Shown here in pieces: positions 1 through 14,416 of a DNA stretch of 34,658 bases; the stretch's first letter is position 1, and each line of letters opens with the position of its first letter. Source of the DNA: Sphaeroforma arctica JP610 (taxonomy: Eukaryota); contig NW_014039905.1 of assembly GCF_001186125.1 (NCBI RefSeq), positions 18,346 through 53,003 of the forward strand, read 5' to 3'. The notes below the pieces were generated by a model. The model saw only the letters and a list, made by a program, of their open reading frames with translations, was not told where the DNA came from and ran no database searches. Made by a program: the position numbers and the translations under genes.

Positions 1-175
1 ATAATCTACATATACATATATATTTACATATACATACATACATTTATATATATATATATATATATACATATATACATATATACATACATATATACATATA
101 TACACATATATATATATATACATTAACACGTATCCATATATACATATATATAAACACACATACATATATACATAT

Positions 176-216
<41 letters not shown>
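1..216. repeat. (TA)n/(TACA)n low-complexity microsatellite
   Basis: Direct inspection. Confidence 0.9.
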
Positions 217-1043
217 CTGAACCCTCAACCTTGCATGCATGAAAACCTGAGAGCGAGAAAACATAGAAAGATAGAACTACCCATAAATATACTTTGTAAA
301 CACGACCGCGACCAAATTACCGTGACAAAGTACGCCTAAAATATGAATCCCGAGCATTCGTTACAGGCAGACTATGCGTAGAATCACAGGCAACCTCAAG
401 ACAGACCGCATATTGCTACTAAGAGCGACAGTAGACTACCTGAACAGAATAGACCTGCACACCATATACTGTGCGAAATGGAAATCGAGTCGTGCGATAC
501 TACTGTACCTAGAGCACATTGAATAGCGCAGTACACCACAAATGATACGTTGATAATCCAGGTGGTAAGAAGCACATAACCTACAACCACGTCACGTGCG
601 ATATTGCGACACATAAAGAGTACTCAGTAAAGCTATTGGGCGTATAATACCCAAAAAATACACCAGCCCTAATCAGACACCGAAAAAACCCCGTGGTTTG
701 TAACATTTGAATTGCATTGAAGACGCATTTATTTGTTCCGTTGAGTGACTACAAGTACATAAGGTGGTGCTCTATATACATCCGCTCGAACAACCGGTGG
801 CCACGGATTCCAGAGGCTCAGAAGCAACCTTGGACACGACCAAGACGGTATGCATGATGCTTATCAGGTGGGTGCTAAAAACAGTACTATAGCCCCACCA
901 AAACACACACCAGCGACTATATACATCTCAGCAGACCAGAGATTACATTCCAGACGACCGAGTATTAGATAAAGAACATGCCACAAAGACACGATGAAGG
1001 TTGGAAACACATAGGACATATACATATGACTAATATACAAATA

Positions 1044-1139
1044 TGCATTTCAATCGGTCAGGCAGTACGAATACATTGCTATTTATAAATCATGTCATAT
1101 GATCAGAGCAAAATGTGTCATCAACCCGATTGAGATGCA
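1044..1139 (-). ncRNA. Box C/D snoRNA, SNORD41(U41)/snR51-type guide for LSU rRNA Um (copy 2; coordinates include terminal stem)
   Basis: Minus strand: box C TTGATGA (1124-1118), box D' CTGA (1106-1103), box D CTGA (1061-1058). A 13-nt guide TGTATTCGTACTG (1075-1063) is complementary to LSU rRNA CAGUACGAAUACA (rRNA sequence recalled, not aligned). Terminal stem TGCATCTCAATCGG/CCGATTGAAATGCA is 14 bp with 1 mismatch. Confidence 0.88.
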
Positions 1140-1405
1140 ATTTAATCTAGAACGAGACTTAACATACATTTGTAAAACAGATTTAAAATTGGGTAAATAC
1201 ACCAAAACTAGTACTACTCGACAGATATATATACAAAGGAAGAAACAGCTTGAATCAATACCGTTTATTGGTTAATGCATGAGATACTACTCTTCTTTCT
1301 ATTCCATATACAAATTGCTGTGTGCTCTGGGATTCAACCTACCACAACGGCATATCCATACCCATCATAAGGTTTTTAGGAAACACATGGCGTACAGTGC
1401 AGTGT

Positions 1406-1490
1406 GATATATCGGTCAGGCAGTACGAATACATTGCTATATAAATCAAGTCATATGATCAGAGCAAAGTTTGTCATCACTCCGAATATC
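1406..1490 (-). ncRNA. Box C/D snoRNA, SNORD41(U41)/snR51-type guide for LSU rRNA Um (copy 1; coordinates include terminal stem)
   Basis: Minus strand: box C GTGATGA (1480-1474), box D' CTGA (1462-1459), box D CTGA (1419-1416). Identical 13-nt guide (1433-1421). Terminal stem GATATTCGG/CCGATATATC with one bulge. Confidence 0.88.
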
Positions 1491-1828
1491 CAGCGCTATT
1501 AATACAATAGAAGCAAATATAGCTCTTGTCACGCCGCTACAGTAGCCATATATATAACTCTGCATGAGAAGCATAAGCACTTTATACAAAACCTCCACAG
1601 ACTGTCACGAGTTGAAGTACGTGTGCATGTACAGGTGTATATGAACAACACTCGCATGTGAACACAGCCGTCAATAGAGAACAACCCTACTCAATAGTTA
1701 AAGCAGTACCTTAAATAACACCACCCACCCATACTAAAAAACCACAACACAGGCAGAACCACCATCAACGACACAATTACATATTCTTAATTATTTAATA
1801 GCTCACAGAAGTACTCATCACTTGTGCT

Positions 1829-5434
<3,606 letters not shown>

Positions 5435-5466
5435 GTTGCTAATCGGTGATTGATACGAGACTACGT

Positions 5467-5476
5467 GAAAAAGGAT
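5467..5476 (-). promoter_or_regulatory. TCT / 5'-TOP-like polypyrimidine initiator of RPS3
   Basis: Minus strand ATCCTTTTTC about 35-40 nt upstream of the RPS3 ATG. Fits the polypyrimidine initiator typical of ribosomal protein genes. Positional evidence only. Confidence 0.5.
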
Positions 5477-6173
5477 TTAAACTCTGCTATACTCGTTTCT
5501 TTTTAGGTGACCAGGTTATTTGGCATTTGCACACCCACCATTCACTCAGATCACTTCGGACAAACGCACGCTTGTCCCAGGGCGTTGGGTTTTGGCTTTG
5601 GCTCAGTTGTAGGTACTCCACCACTCCATGTGCTGTACGGTTGATTGTAGTGGAAAAACCAAATAATACTATATATGCACACTACATAACCCGTATTTTA
5701 CGTTTTCAGAATGGATGGCACTATATGGTACATCTCATGCAGAAATTGGTACGTTTTTATCGAATTGGCGATATCTCGTTTGGTTTTTAAAGCGGCCCAG
5801 ATTACTTAGCAACAACCAGGTTTTTTCAATAGCAAATGTAGGGTTCCCATTGTAACATAACCCTGGAAAAGCCATCACGTTGTTCTACGCTTATCATTTT
5901 ATATGAAATACTTCACTTTTTCATTTATGGCCCCTACTCTAATAAAGTAGAGTGCTGTGGAGATACGTTAATATATACCGGCTTTTATGTATACTATACG
6001 ATATACATCGGACCAGTGTAAACGAAGGTAGTTGCAAATATATGTACACTCAGTATATCTAGTGCTAAATAACCTCGCTGCCTATCGTATCATACATAGT
6101 ATTTACCAGCCTATACTCAGATTATCTCCCCAACTGTTATATACTTGGTAACAACCTCAGTGCGAAGTGAACG

Positions 6174-6326
6174 ATGACAGAAAATACCGGCGCTCAAAAG
6201 CGTCAAGCAACTTTTATAGACTCACAAGGGAAGAAGAAGAAACAGAAACTCAGCCCAGAGCAAGCTGCATTACGAGGGAGAGTGGTCAAATGCTGCAAGG
6301 AACAGAACCTCGCAGAGGCAACCGAG
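6174..6326 (+). CDS. PRORP: PRORP coding exon 1
   Basis: MTENTGAQKRQ...GKKKKQKLSPEQAALRGRVVKCCKEQNLAEATE, GTATGC donor at 6327. Completes the first PPR-like repeat with exon 2. Confidence 0.8.
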
Positions 6327-6364
6327 GTATGCCATGTGCAGACGTACAACACACATAATTATTA

Positions 6365-6398
<34 letters not shown>

Positions 6399-9300
6399 CA
6401 TTATTATATAAGTGTATATGTATATTGTGTGTGTGCGTGTGTGTATATACAAGTGTATGTATTTATGTATGTATGAATTTATGTATGTATGTATTTATGT
6501 ATGTATGAATTTATATATGTATGAATTTATGTAAGCATGTGTGAATGTGTGTGTTTGTGCTGTGTTTGTGTTTGCGTTTATGTGTATATGTGTATATCTT
6601 ATGTATGCAAATATGTATATATTTATATTCATTAATATATAAATGTGTGTGTGTGTGTGTCTCCGTGTATATGTCTATATATGTGTATATGATACATATT
6701 TATCTATGATATATATGTGCCTGAGTATATATATACTATAGATATAGACCTGTATAATTTAGGCATGGCTCTATATACACATACATATATACATAAATGT
6801 ATATCTGTGTATATATATATGTATATATATATAATGTATGTATGTATGTATGTACGTATGTATGTATATATATATGTGTGTGTGTATGTACGTATGTATG
6901 TATGTGTGTGTGTGTGTATATATTTATGTGTATATATATATATATGTTAATGTATATGGATATGGGTGTATATGTATGTATATATTCATATAGTCGCACA
7001 TATGTATGTGTGTGTGTATGTATATACGTATATCTATATATATATATATATATAATTATGATTTTAATTATAGTTATATATATGTGTGTCTGGACGTCTG
7101 TGTTCGTATGTTTGTGTGACTGTGTCCTTATGCGTATGTATATTCTTCAGCGTATATTTGTTTATATCCAATATAGCCATTTCTTTCTACATGCCCGTAT
7201 GTATAAACACGTAATATATATATATATAATATTTGTGTGCGTCTGTGTTCATAATTTTATGGATATATATACACATATATTTACCTATTTGTGAATATAT
7301 TTGTATATATGTATGTATCTGTTGTTGAATGTCACTCAATTTTTTCTACGTATATCCTTGCATACGTAACGTTATGCATGATGTTGTGAACTGCCGCGTT
7401 TGTATACATATGAAGATGCTGCGTTACAGATATACATAGATTCTATGTCTGGTCAATTACTTGTTTGTACTACCTTTCTGGTGTGCATTCAAAATGTGTT
7501 TGTAGTTTCGTATGTATTGAAGGGTTTTGGTTATTTTGAACCGTATACGTTTAACTTGCTGTGGACATATGTGCTTGTGTTGTTATATAGAAATACTCAC
7601 ACGCCGTTATGTGGGATGGCCATGTGTTTGAATCACATCAAGCTTGTGTGTGTGGTTTTGTGGGTGCAGTCAGCATTTTCTTGGTCTGTATTTTGGGGGG
7701 GGATTTGGTTTTGTAAGAATTTGACATCTTTTACGTGTATGTACAACGCCTTCCATGTGTACCTGTGTAAATCTAAAAAGATCCGCGCCAGCATACAATC
7801 TCGAGTGTTAAATGAAATATTTGGTTGTGTGCAAGCTGTTCTTGTTTGAAAAACTATAATATATATATATATAATATTAATGAAGGATAACAGTACGATC
7901 AAATATACATATATATTGCCTGCATTATAATCGTCTTAAAAGTTTCCCGTAGTGTGTGTCCATGGTCTGCTTACACTCGGTTTAATATTTCCGCATCATG
8001 GCGGGCCTCCATAGCAACATTCCAAGTCACGTCTCTCGAAGCCAATACTTAACGACAGAGCCTGTGCTACCTGTCGCTAATCATATTGGCTGTATGTATT
8101 AGCTCATATATCGATGTATTAGTTCGTATAATGATGTATTATTTTATATAATGATGTATCAATTCATTTAATGACCTATTAGTTCATATAATGATCTATT
8201 AGTTCATATAGTGATGTATCAATTCATATAATGTTGTATTAGTTCATATAATGATCTATTAGTTCATGTAATGATGTATTAGTTTATATAATGTTGTATT
8301 AGTTCATACAATGAAGGATGCAGACACACATATTAGCCTTTACAACGGGCGAGCTAGAGTGTGAAAGTATGCAACCCACCCCAATGAGTCATCTCTCAAT
8401 GCTGCATCACCGCCTGCCTGCAGATATGCGAGGCTTTCTTCGACGGCAAGATCGAGATGGAGAGCGGCTACCACAATCAACTACTCTACGTGCTAACCGG
8501 TGGCAGCATGGTAGTGCCCACAGACACCCGGCCCCAGCTAGCCCTGCGGCTATTCAAGAGCATGCAAGACCGGGGATGTACAATTAAAGAGGCGTCGTAT
8601 ACGTTACTGCTGCGTGCCTTGTGTGCCGCCCGGCAGATAGTCGAGGCTGAGCAGGTGCTGGAGACCATGCGTGAGCGCAGCGTGCACTTTAAGCTGCGCA
8701 CGCACAGTGCGCTCATGCGTGGCTACTGTGAGGTGGGCAACAAGCAACGGGCCTACGAGGTGCTGAGCCTGATCCGCAATAAGTTCAAAGTCCTGGCGGA
8801 GGTGGACTATCTTCCGCTATTGACGCTGGCTCTAAAGCGGGACGAGATCGATGAGTTTGACGCGCTGGTGCGTGAGCTGATGGAAGACGAGTTCAGCCCG
8901 TCTAAGGAAACGTGGGGGCTAATGCAGAAACGCTACCGTGACACGCACACGTGGGACACCGCGGTGTCTGTATCGCCCGAGGGGGGGTGTGGGGCGTGCG
9001 CGTGTGTACTGAGAAGCGTCGATCCCACGCCGGAGGATATAAGCACGCTGATGGCTCGGATGGAGGGCTTGGTGGTCAAGGATGCCGACCGTGCGCGGGA
9101 TTGGAAGCTGTTTACTGCGTGGTTTGAGGAGAATAAGTCCCGATTTGATACCGTTATTGACGGGGCCAATGTGGGGTTCTGGAAGAAGAACGGCAACGGC
9201 AATGTGCCGACACGAATTGACTACAAACAGGTGCAACGCCTTGTCAGTCATCTGGAGCAGGAGGGCCGGCGGGTGTTGCTGATACTGCACCACAGGCACC

Positions 9301-11526
9301 TGCTGCCGGATTTCATCGGCGAGAATACGGATATCGGGAATGTGTGGAAGGTAAGTGGTACGATCTATGTTGTGCGTTTGGTGTGGGTAGTTTTCTCTGG
9401 AACGAGGGTGAGTACAGATAGGTGTCAGTATGAAGAACGCAAAAAAAAAGTATTGCAGTAGTTGAGGACCAGCTCGTCCCGGTATAGGTATAAACCCGTT
9501 CGTATATGTGTATACGTGTACGCATGTGGACTAGACCACTCCGAATAGGTCCCTGAACTCTTGTCAGAGACCGTGTATATACTGTTGTCCACTTAGTTCT
9601 GATTGGGCTGGGATGAGCTAGAACCTGTGAGGTTGCTTTTGTACCGTCATTCGGGCGTGTCTGTTTTGCGGCCGCAATGGATACATGCTACTTTGTGGGC
9701 TGTGGCTATTCAGATGTGCGTATGTCCTTACATGCGTTTTCAAATGTGTGCTATCATGTGCAACAATAACTCGAATTGGGCGTTCGGTTGTACATCGGAT
9801 GCATGTCGTGGGAAATTGTTCCAAACCACGCCATAAGCAAAGGTTGTTGGGCATATATGCGTATAGGTGTTTTTTTTATTGCACGCGCGTATGAACTTGT
9901 TAAATGATTGAATCTCTCAGAGTTGTACATGTCCATGAATATGCATGTACGCAAACGATCGTTTGCTTATGATGAATTTGAGATGAATGCATACCTGCTA
10001 AATGAGCCCTGAGCAATAGCACACGCATCACTATGTATGGGTACGCAAATAGAGCTACTCATGTGTAGTTGTGCACTGGTGTATGTTAAACTTATATTTG
10101 AATTGCATATGGATACGGCTTCACTGGCCAGGGAAGCATGTACATCAAAACGCACACGCACGTACCTACATTCGGCTTACTAACTCACTTTCACCAATAC
10201 AAACAACCACACTCTAGGAGAAAGACATGCTGTACACGTGCAATTCTGGAAACAACGATGACTGGTACTGGATATATGCTGCTTTGGGATTGGGGCCTGG
10301 CGGCGACTTCGTTAGTAACGACGAGATGCGCGATCACAATTTCAACCTTTCCGAGCACAGGTGAGCTACGTGTCTAAGACATGCGTTTATACTCCTACGT
10401 ACGTTCATGTGTTTATGTGGTATATATGTGCGTGTGTGTATATGTATATATATATGTATTTATATTTATATTTATGACATTATATTTTATGTTATGGACA
10501 ACAAGTTGCGTGGCTAACCTATATGCAGAAACTTAAGCAGATGAAGTATCTAGCATCTGTATATACTTGACATCAAAGTCTACATTTCGATACCGGGTTT
10601 AACATGTGCATCACAACTAATGAGACAAGTATAGCAGCCAGTCAACTTGGCTAGTATTCCCCAGACAAATCACCTATGACGCACGCACTATCGAAAACAA
10701 TCGGAAAGCTTGTTTATGACGGTCTTATCCAAACGCAGGAGTGTGGTCGAGTTTCTAACCCATCTTCACCCCTTCAATTGCCTTCGGTCTCCGGATTTGA
10801 CCTATGGAGTGCAGGGTTGGCGGCTCAACTTTGTACACCATTTGATTGGTGGCCTATTCGGATCTAATTGACACCGAGCAGAAAATAGCCTCAAACATAC
10901 ACATGCTCAAAAGTTTTTGATTTGATTTTTTTTGTTTATACTCGCGTGGCTGCAGAGCGTTTAAAATCTGGAAGGAGCGACACGCTATCAAATTTGACTT
11001 TATCAAACGGGAGCCACTCGAGCCCAGGGAAATGATTATAGTTAAGCCGACCACATACTCGTTCCGCATGCAAATAAACGCGGACATGAGTTGGCATTTG
11101 CCCTCGAAAAAGGCTGTGCCTGTAGAAACGGACGAAGAAGAGGGCGGCGATGCAGATGTGTCACAGATGGAGACCTTGTGGATGTGTTTGCGCAGGAAGA
11201 CTGGTGGGAACACAGGGAACAAGGACAATGGGTTAGTGGGAGTAGCTGGAACGGATAGTGAATCTGAACAGAACCCAGCTGTTGCCAATACGGAAGATGT
11301 GGTAAACGTAGAGGTCGCCGAGAAGACTGTTGAGAACACAGGGGACAAGGACGATGGATTAGTTGGAGTAGCTGGAACGGATAGTGAATTTGGACAGAAC
11401 CCAGCTGTTGCCAATACGGAAGATGTGGCAAACGTAGAGGTCGCTGAGAGTAACAAAGAGGGTGAAACGATCAAAAAATCTGAGAGTAGACAAAATATTG
11501 AGAATATAGAAGTGAATCAAACGTAA
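6174..11526 (+). CDS. PRORP: Protein-only RNase P (PPR + zinc-binding + NYN metallonuclease), whole gene: join(6174..6326,8424..9350,10218..10360,10956..11526), about 597 aa
   Basis: PPR-like helices (CCKEQNLAEATE|ICEAFFDGKIEMESGYHNQLLYVL; EASYTLLLRALC; KLRTHSALMRGYC). Zn ligands CGAC...WHLP...WMCL. NYN motifs VIDGANVG, LLILHHRH, NNDDWYWIYAA and VSNDEMRDH, plus FKIWKERH. All introns are GT-AG and the joined frame is open (phases 0, 0, 2). Confidence 0.93.
6355..7320. repeat. (TAT)n, (TG)n, (TATG)n microsatellite-rich tract in PRORP intron 1
   Basis: Direct inspection. Confidence 0.85.
8093..8314. repeat. Intronic minisatellite, about 20-bp unit (ATGTATTAGTTCATATAATG-like), about 11 imperfect copies
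   Basis: Visible 20-nt periodicity in PRORP intron 1. Confidence 0.85.
8424..9350 (+). CDS. PRORP: PRORP coding exon 2 (PPR, CxxC, start of NYN domain)
   Basis: CAG acceptor ending at 8423, in frame with ORF 8457..9461. GTAAGT donor at 9351. Confidence 0.93.
10218..10360 (+). CDS. PRORP: PRORP coding exon 3 (catalytic DD and NDEMRDH motifs)
   Basis: TAG acceptor, EKDMLYTCNSGNNDDWYWIYAALGLGPGGDFVSNDEMRDHNFNLSEH, GTGAGC donor at 10361. This frame is not shown in the ORF track. Confidence 0.94.
10956..11526 (+). CDS. PRORP: PRORP coding exon 4
   Basis: Pyrimidine tract plus CAG acceptor, AFKIWKERHAIKF...PTTYSFRMQ...WHLP...WMCLRRK, acidic tail, TAA at 11524-11526. AATAAA at 11534-11539. Confidence 0.9.
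11208..11449 (+). repeat. 126-bp (42-codon) tandem duplication in the PRORP C-terminal tail
   Basis: Units start at 11208 and 11334: NTGNKDNGLVGVAGTDSESEQNPAVANTEDVVNVEVAE vs NTGDKDDGLVGVAGTDSEFGQNPAVANTEDVANVEVAE. Confidence 0.93.
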
Positions 11527-14282
11527 TTTTTTAAATAAAATATAAAAAGGTAAATTTCGGCTGGGTGGACAAATGCAGTTTACTAGGACTTCTATATATA
11601 AGAAGTTTATTTTACATTTCGTACAATGACTGACCGTCTGCTTGATTGAGGAATATTAGCTTGAAACTACATATGCTCGATTTCTATGTAACTGTTTTAT
11701 ATTTGCAATTATTTGAAAATTGATGCCTACTTACAAGGGGTGTCCACGTGATTATCGTCGTATAGTACTATAATGCGGACAATATGTGTTCCGCACGCGG
11801 TACTATTTAGTTCCATCCCAGTTTCAAAGTGTGAGGTCTAAAGCTTAGATAATTCTGACCAACGTGCCGATGAATGCGGCAATATACGTTTTTAGAACGA
11901 TGGTGTAATACTCGTAGCTAGTATACTGAATGAAAATGGAAGGAGTCAACGAGTTCTTTCTAAGTCGTTTTCTGGTCGTGAGCAACCTACTTTCTAAAAT
12001 ATAGTCATTTTATACTAGAAAGGTGCAGTACTTGTCAGCGCTTATCTATCTACTTCGAAACCGGTGTGATACCAAATCATTGTACGCAAAGGAATAATTT
12101 TGTCTGATCGAAACCCTTTCGTCACATCTGCATAATAACCGGCATTCGTCGCTTACACAGTATCCTTTAAGCGTATTGGACTAACAATGACGTCGCACTA
12201 CCACTACTTTCCACGAGTGTCGCAAACTCCTGCAGACCGGAGTTCAGAACGCCTGCCAAACTGAATATTGGACAGCTGTCCAAACTAGGACAAAATTGTC
12301 ACCTTGAATATCCGAGTGGCCCTAAAAATTGGGTGGAAATGGTCCGTACCGGCCAGCAAAGGACGACTACCAACCAGACTGGATATAAAACTACCTGTCT
12401 CACGCTAATAGTCAATAATCAAGCGTTCTCATCGGTTAATAAGAATGTATACTACTGCCATCTTGAAAAAGTATGACTATCCCTATGTACGTACACTAAA
12501 GAAATAAAAAAACATCTCAATTAATAATGCAGTTTTCGAATCAATAACCACCTCATGAGGAAGGGTAAGGCGTGACCAATACAGCTCGTCTTCGTCTGTT
12601 CTGGAGACTCGTCAGGGTTAGAATCGTGTACTCGCATGATACTATATAGTTGGTTTTTCAGACCAATTTATCACATTGATCATAGAGCAATCGTCTTCAG
12701 TTAGGTGCAATAACATTTTGCCAGCATTCCTGCTTTGATTGGGATTGGAAGTACAAGATGAACTCTCATTGTAATGAACTGTCTTCATCGAAGTTGCGTA
12801 CATATGCACTATTATTCATGCTTGTTTGTGAACAGGAACAGTGTGATCGATTGCAGCAGGTGCCGCTCGAGTGTGGAATTAGCTGCTATACTTGACGAGA
12901 AAATTCTAGTATGAATTTTGTTCTCCATCACTGTTCAACCCAATCATAGCTCGTTGTGTTCTGTACCTGAAATGGCGCTGATAATTCCAACTGTCTATAT
13001 AAATATAAATATAAAGATGGTTTTTCCTGAACCCTGAGCTTCGCAGTTGAGCGACACGATCACACTTGACCGGTAGCATTCTATGCCCCCATCTTCGCCA
13101 TCCACATGATGAATCTGTACTCGTTTTACATAGCAAACAATGATGTTCCCCTTCATTTAATATTTAGTATAGAAAACACCTCGGGTTTAGAGAGGTGTAT
13201 AGCTATCTGTAAACAGGGTATATATATATCTTACTATATCTCTTCCATCTTTTAATAAATAATACATAGTACTACTCATGTCAATTCACTAGATGATTGT
13301 CGGGAGTGGGGAAAGTGACTCAAACACCACGTCGCGTCGTCCTGGCCTATCGATTGTCATTCTATTTTTATACTACATCTTTTTTACTACATATGAACGT
13401 TGGTGCACGCCCACAATTCACCGTTGCGCAATGATTTTTTAATAATCTGCGATACTGATTGAACTGTAAAGTAAATATTGATTTTAAACATTGGATCGGT
13501 ATAAAATATTTTAAAATGTACTTAGTTGGAGTGATGCGCATAGTGACGTTCATCGTCAAATTTGAAGTTGATACTGGTTTCCCTTATCGATAAGTATCTC
13601 CTGCAATTCCCGTTTACATTTTTAGAGAAAACTACATTGATAAATGTTTGCTTCGAAGTACATACACATGCCCACTTCGAATTGTTAAGCTGTGCTATAT
13701 CCAGGTACTATCCCGACATTCAGCAAAACATTAATTTGACATTTCTCCATCAGCTTTCATGTCAACGTTACGGTCCGAAGCAATTATCACACAGTGCGTC
13801 AGTTATAGGATAGTTACAGCCATCCGCTGTGGTACTTTTCAACTGTACAAATGATTGCGCTCTTGTTTTGTGTGACTTTTCTTCGATTCTATTTGAAGTT
13901 TTTACGAAGCCGACATTTCGTCTGCACGTGGAATGTACTGTAGGACATAAAAATTTCGGCGAACACTTTTTACAATCCATATCACAGTCGAAAACAGCCA
14001 CATGAGAAAGACAAGCATATAGATGCTCATAACAGTAGAGTTGTAATGCCGCCTACCATCAAATTATGTAAGGAACATACCGAAAAACGTACAAAGTGAG
14101 TTGTTGTATAAGAATCATAAATGAACAGAAAACTAGGATCCCGAAACGAAGAAAAATATATAAATATATATCCCAACGAAATTGTAGCATGTGTACATAA
14201 TTGTTTGCTTCTTTCCCGCTGTCTACCAAAAACGCTTTTTTTTCTTCTTCCTCGAGATGCCTCAATACACGTGCAACACGCC

Positions 14283-14416
14283 AATATAGATGGAAGAGAA
14301 TTACAACGCATGATTACTCTGTAAGACAAAATTTCTAGCAGCCTGACACTCTAATATAGATGAAAGAGAGATTATAACGCATGATGACTCAGTAAGACAA
14401 AATTTCTAGCAGCCTG
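14283..14416. repeat. About 70-bp imperfect tandem duplication
   Basis: AATATAGATG(G/A)AAGAGA...GTAAGACAAAATTTCTAGCAGCCTG occurs twice, at about 14283 and 14353. Confidence 0.85.

Noticed and set aside
396..614. 72-aa hydrophobic minus-strand ORF
   Set aside because: Non-ATG start, no recognisable domain and no consistent exon chain. A gene continuing left of the window cannot be excluded (acceptor-like site near 247).
6270..7902. ORFs in PRORP intron 1, including the tail of 6174..6476 beyond 6326
   Set aside because: Microsatellite or low-complexity translation past a clear GT donor; no protein motifs.
8093..8314. Regular 20-bp periodicity as a possible CRISPR-like array
   Set aside because: Contiguous degenerate tandem units without unique spacers, inside a eukaryotic intron: an ordinary minisatellite.
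10854..11474. 206-aa minus-strand ORF with internal repeat
   Set aside because: Antisense shadow of PRORP exon 4 and its 126-bp duplication.
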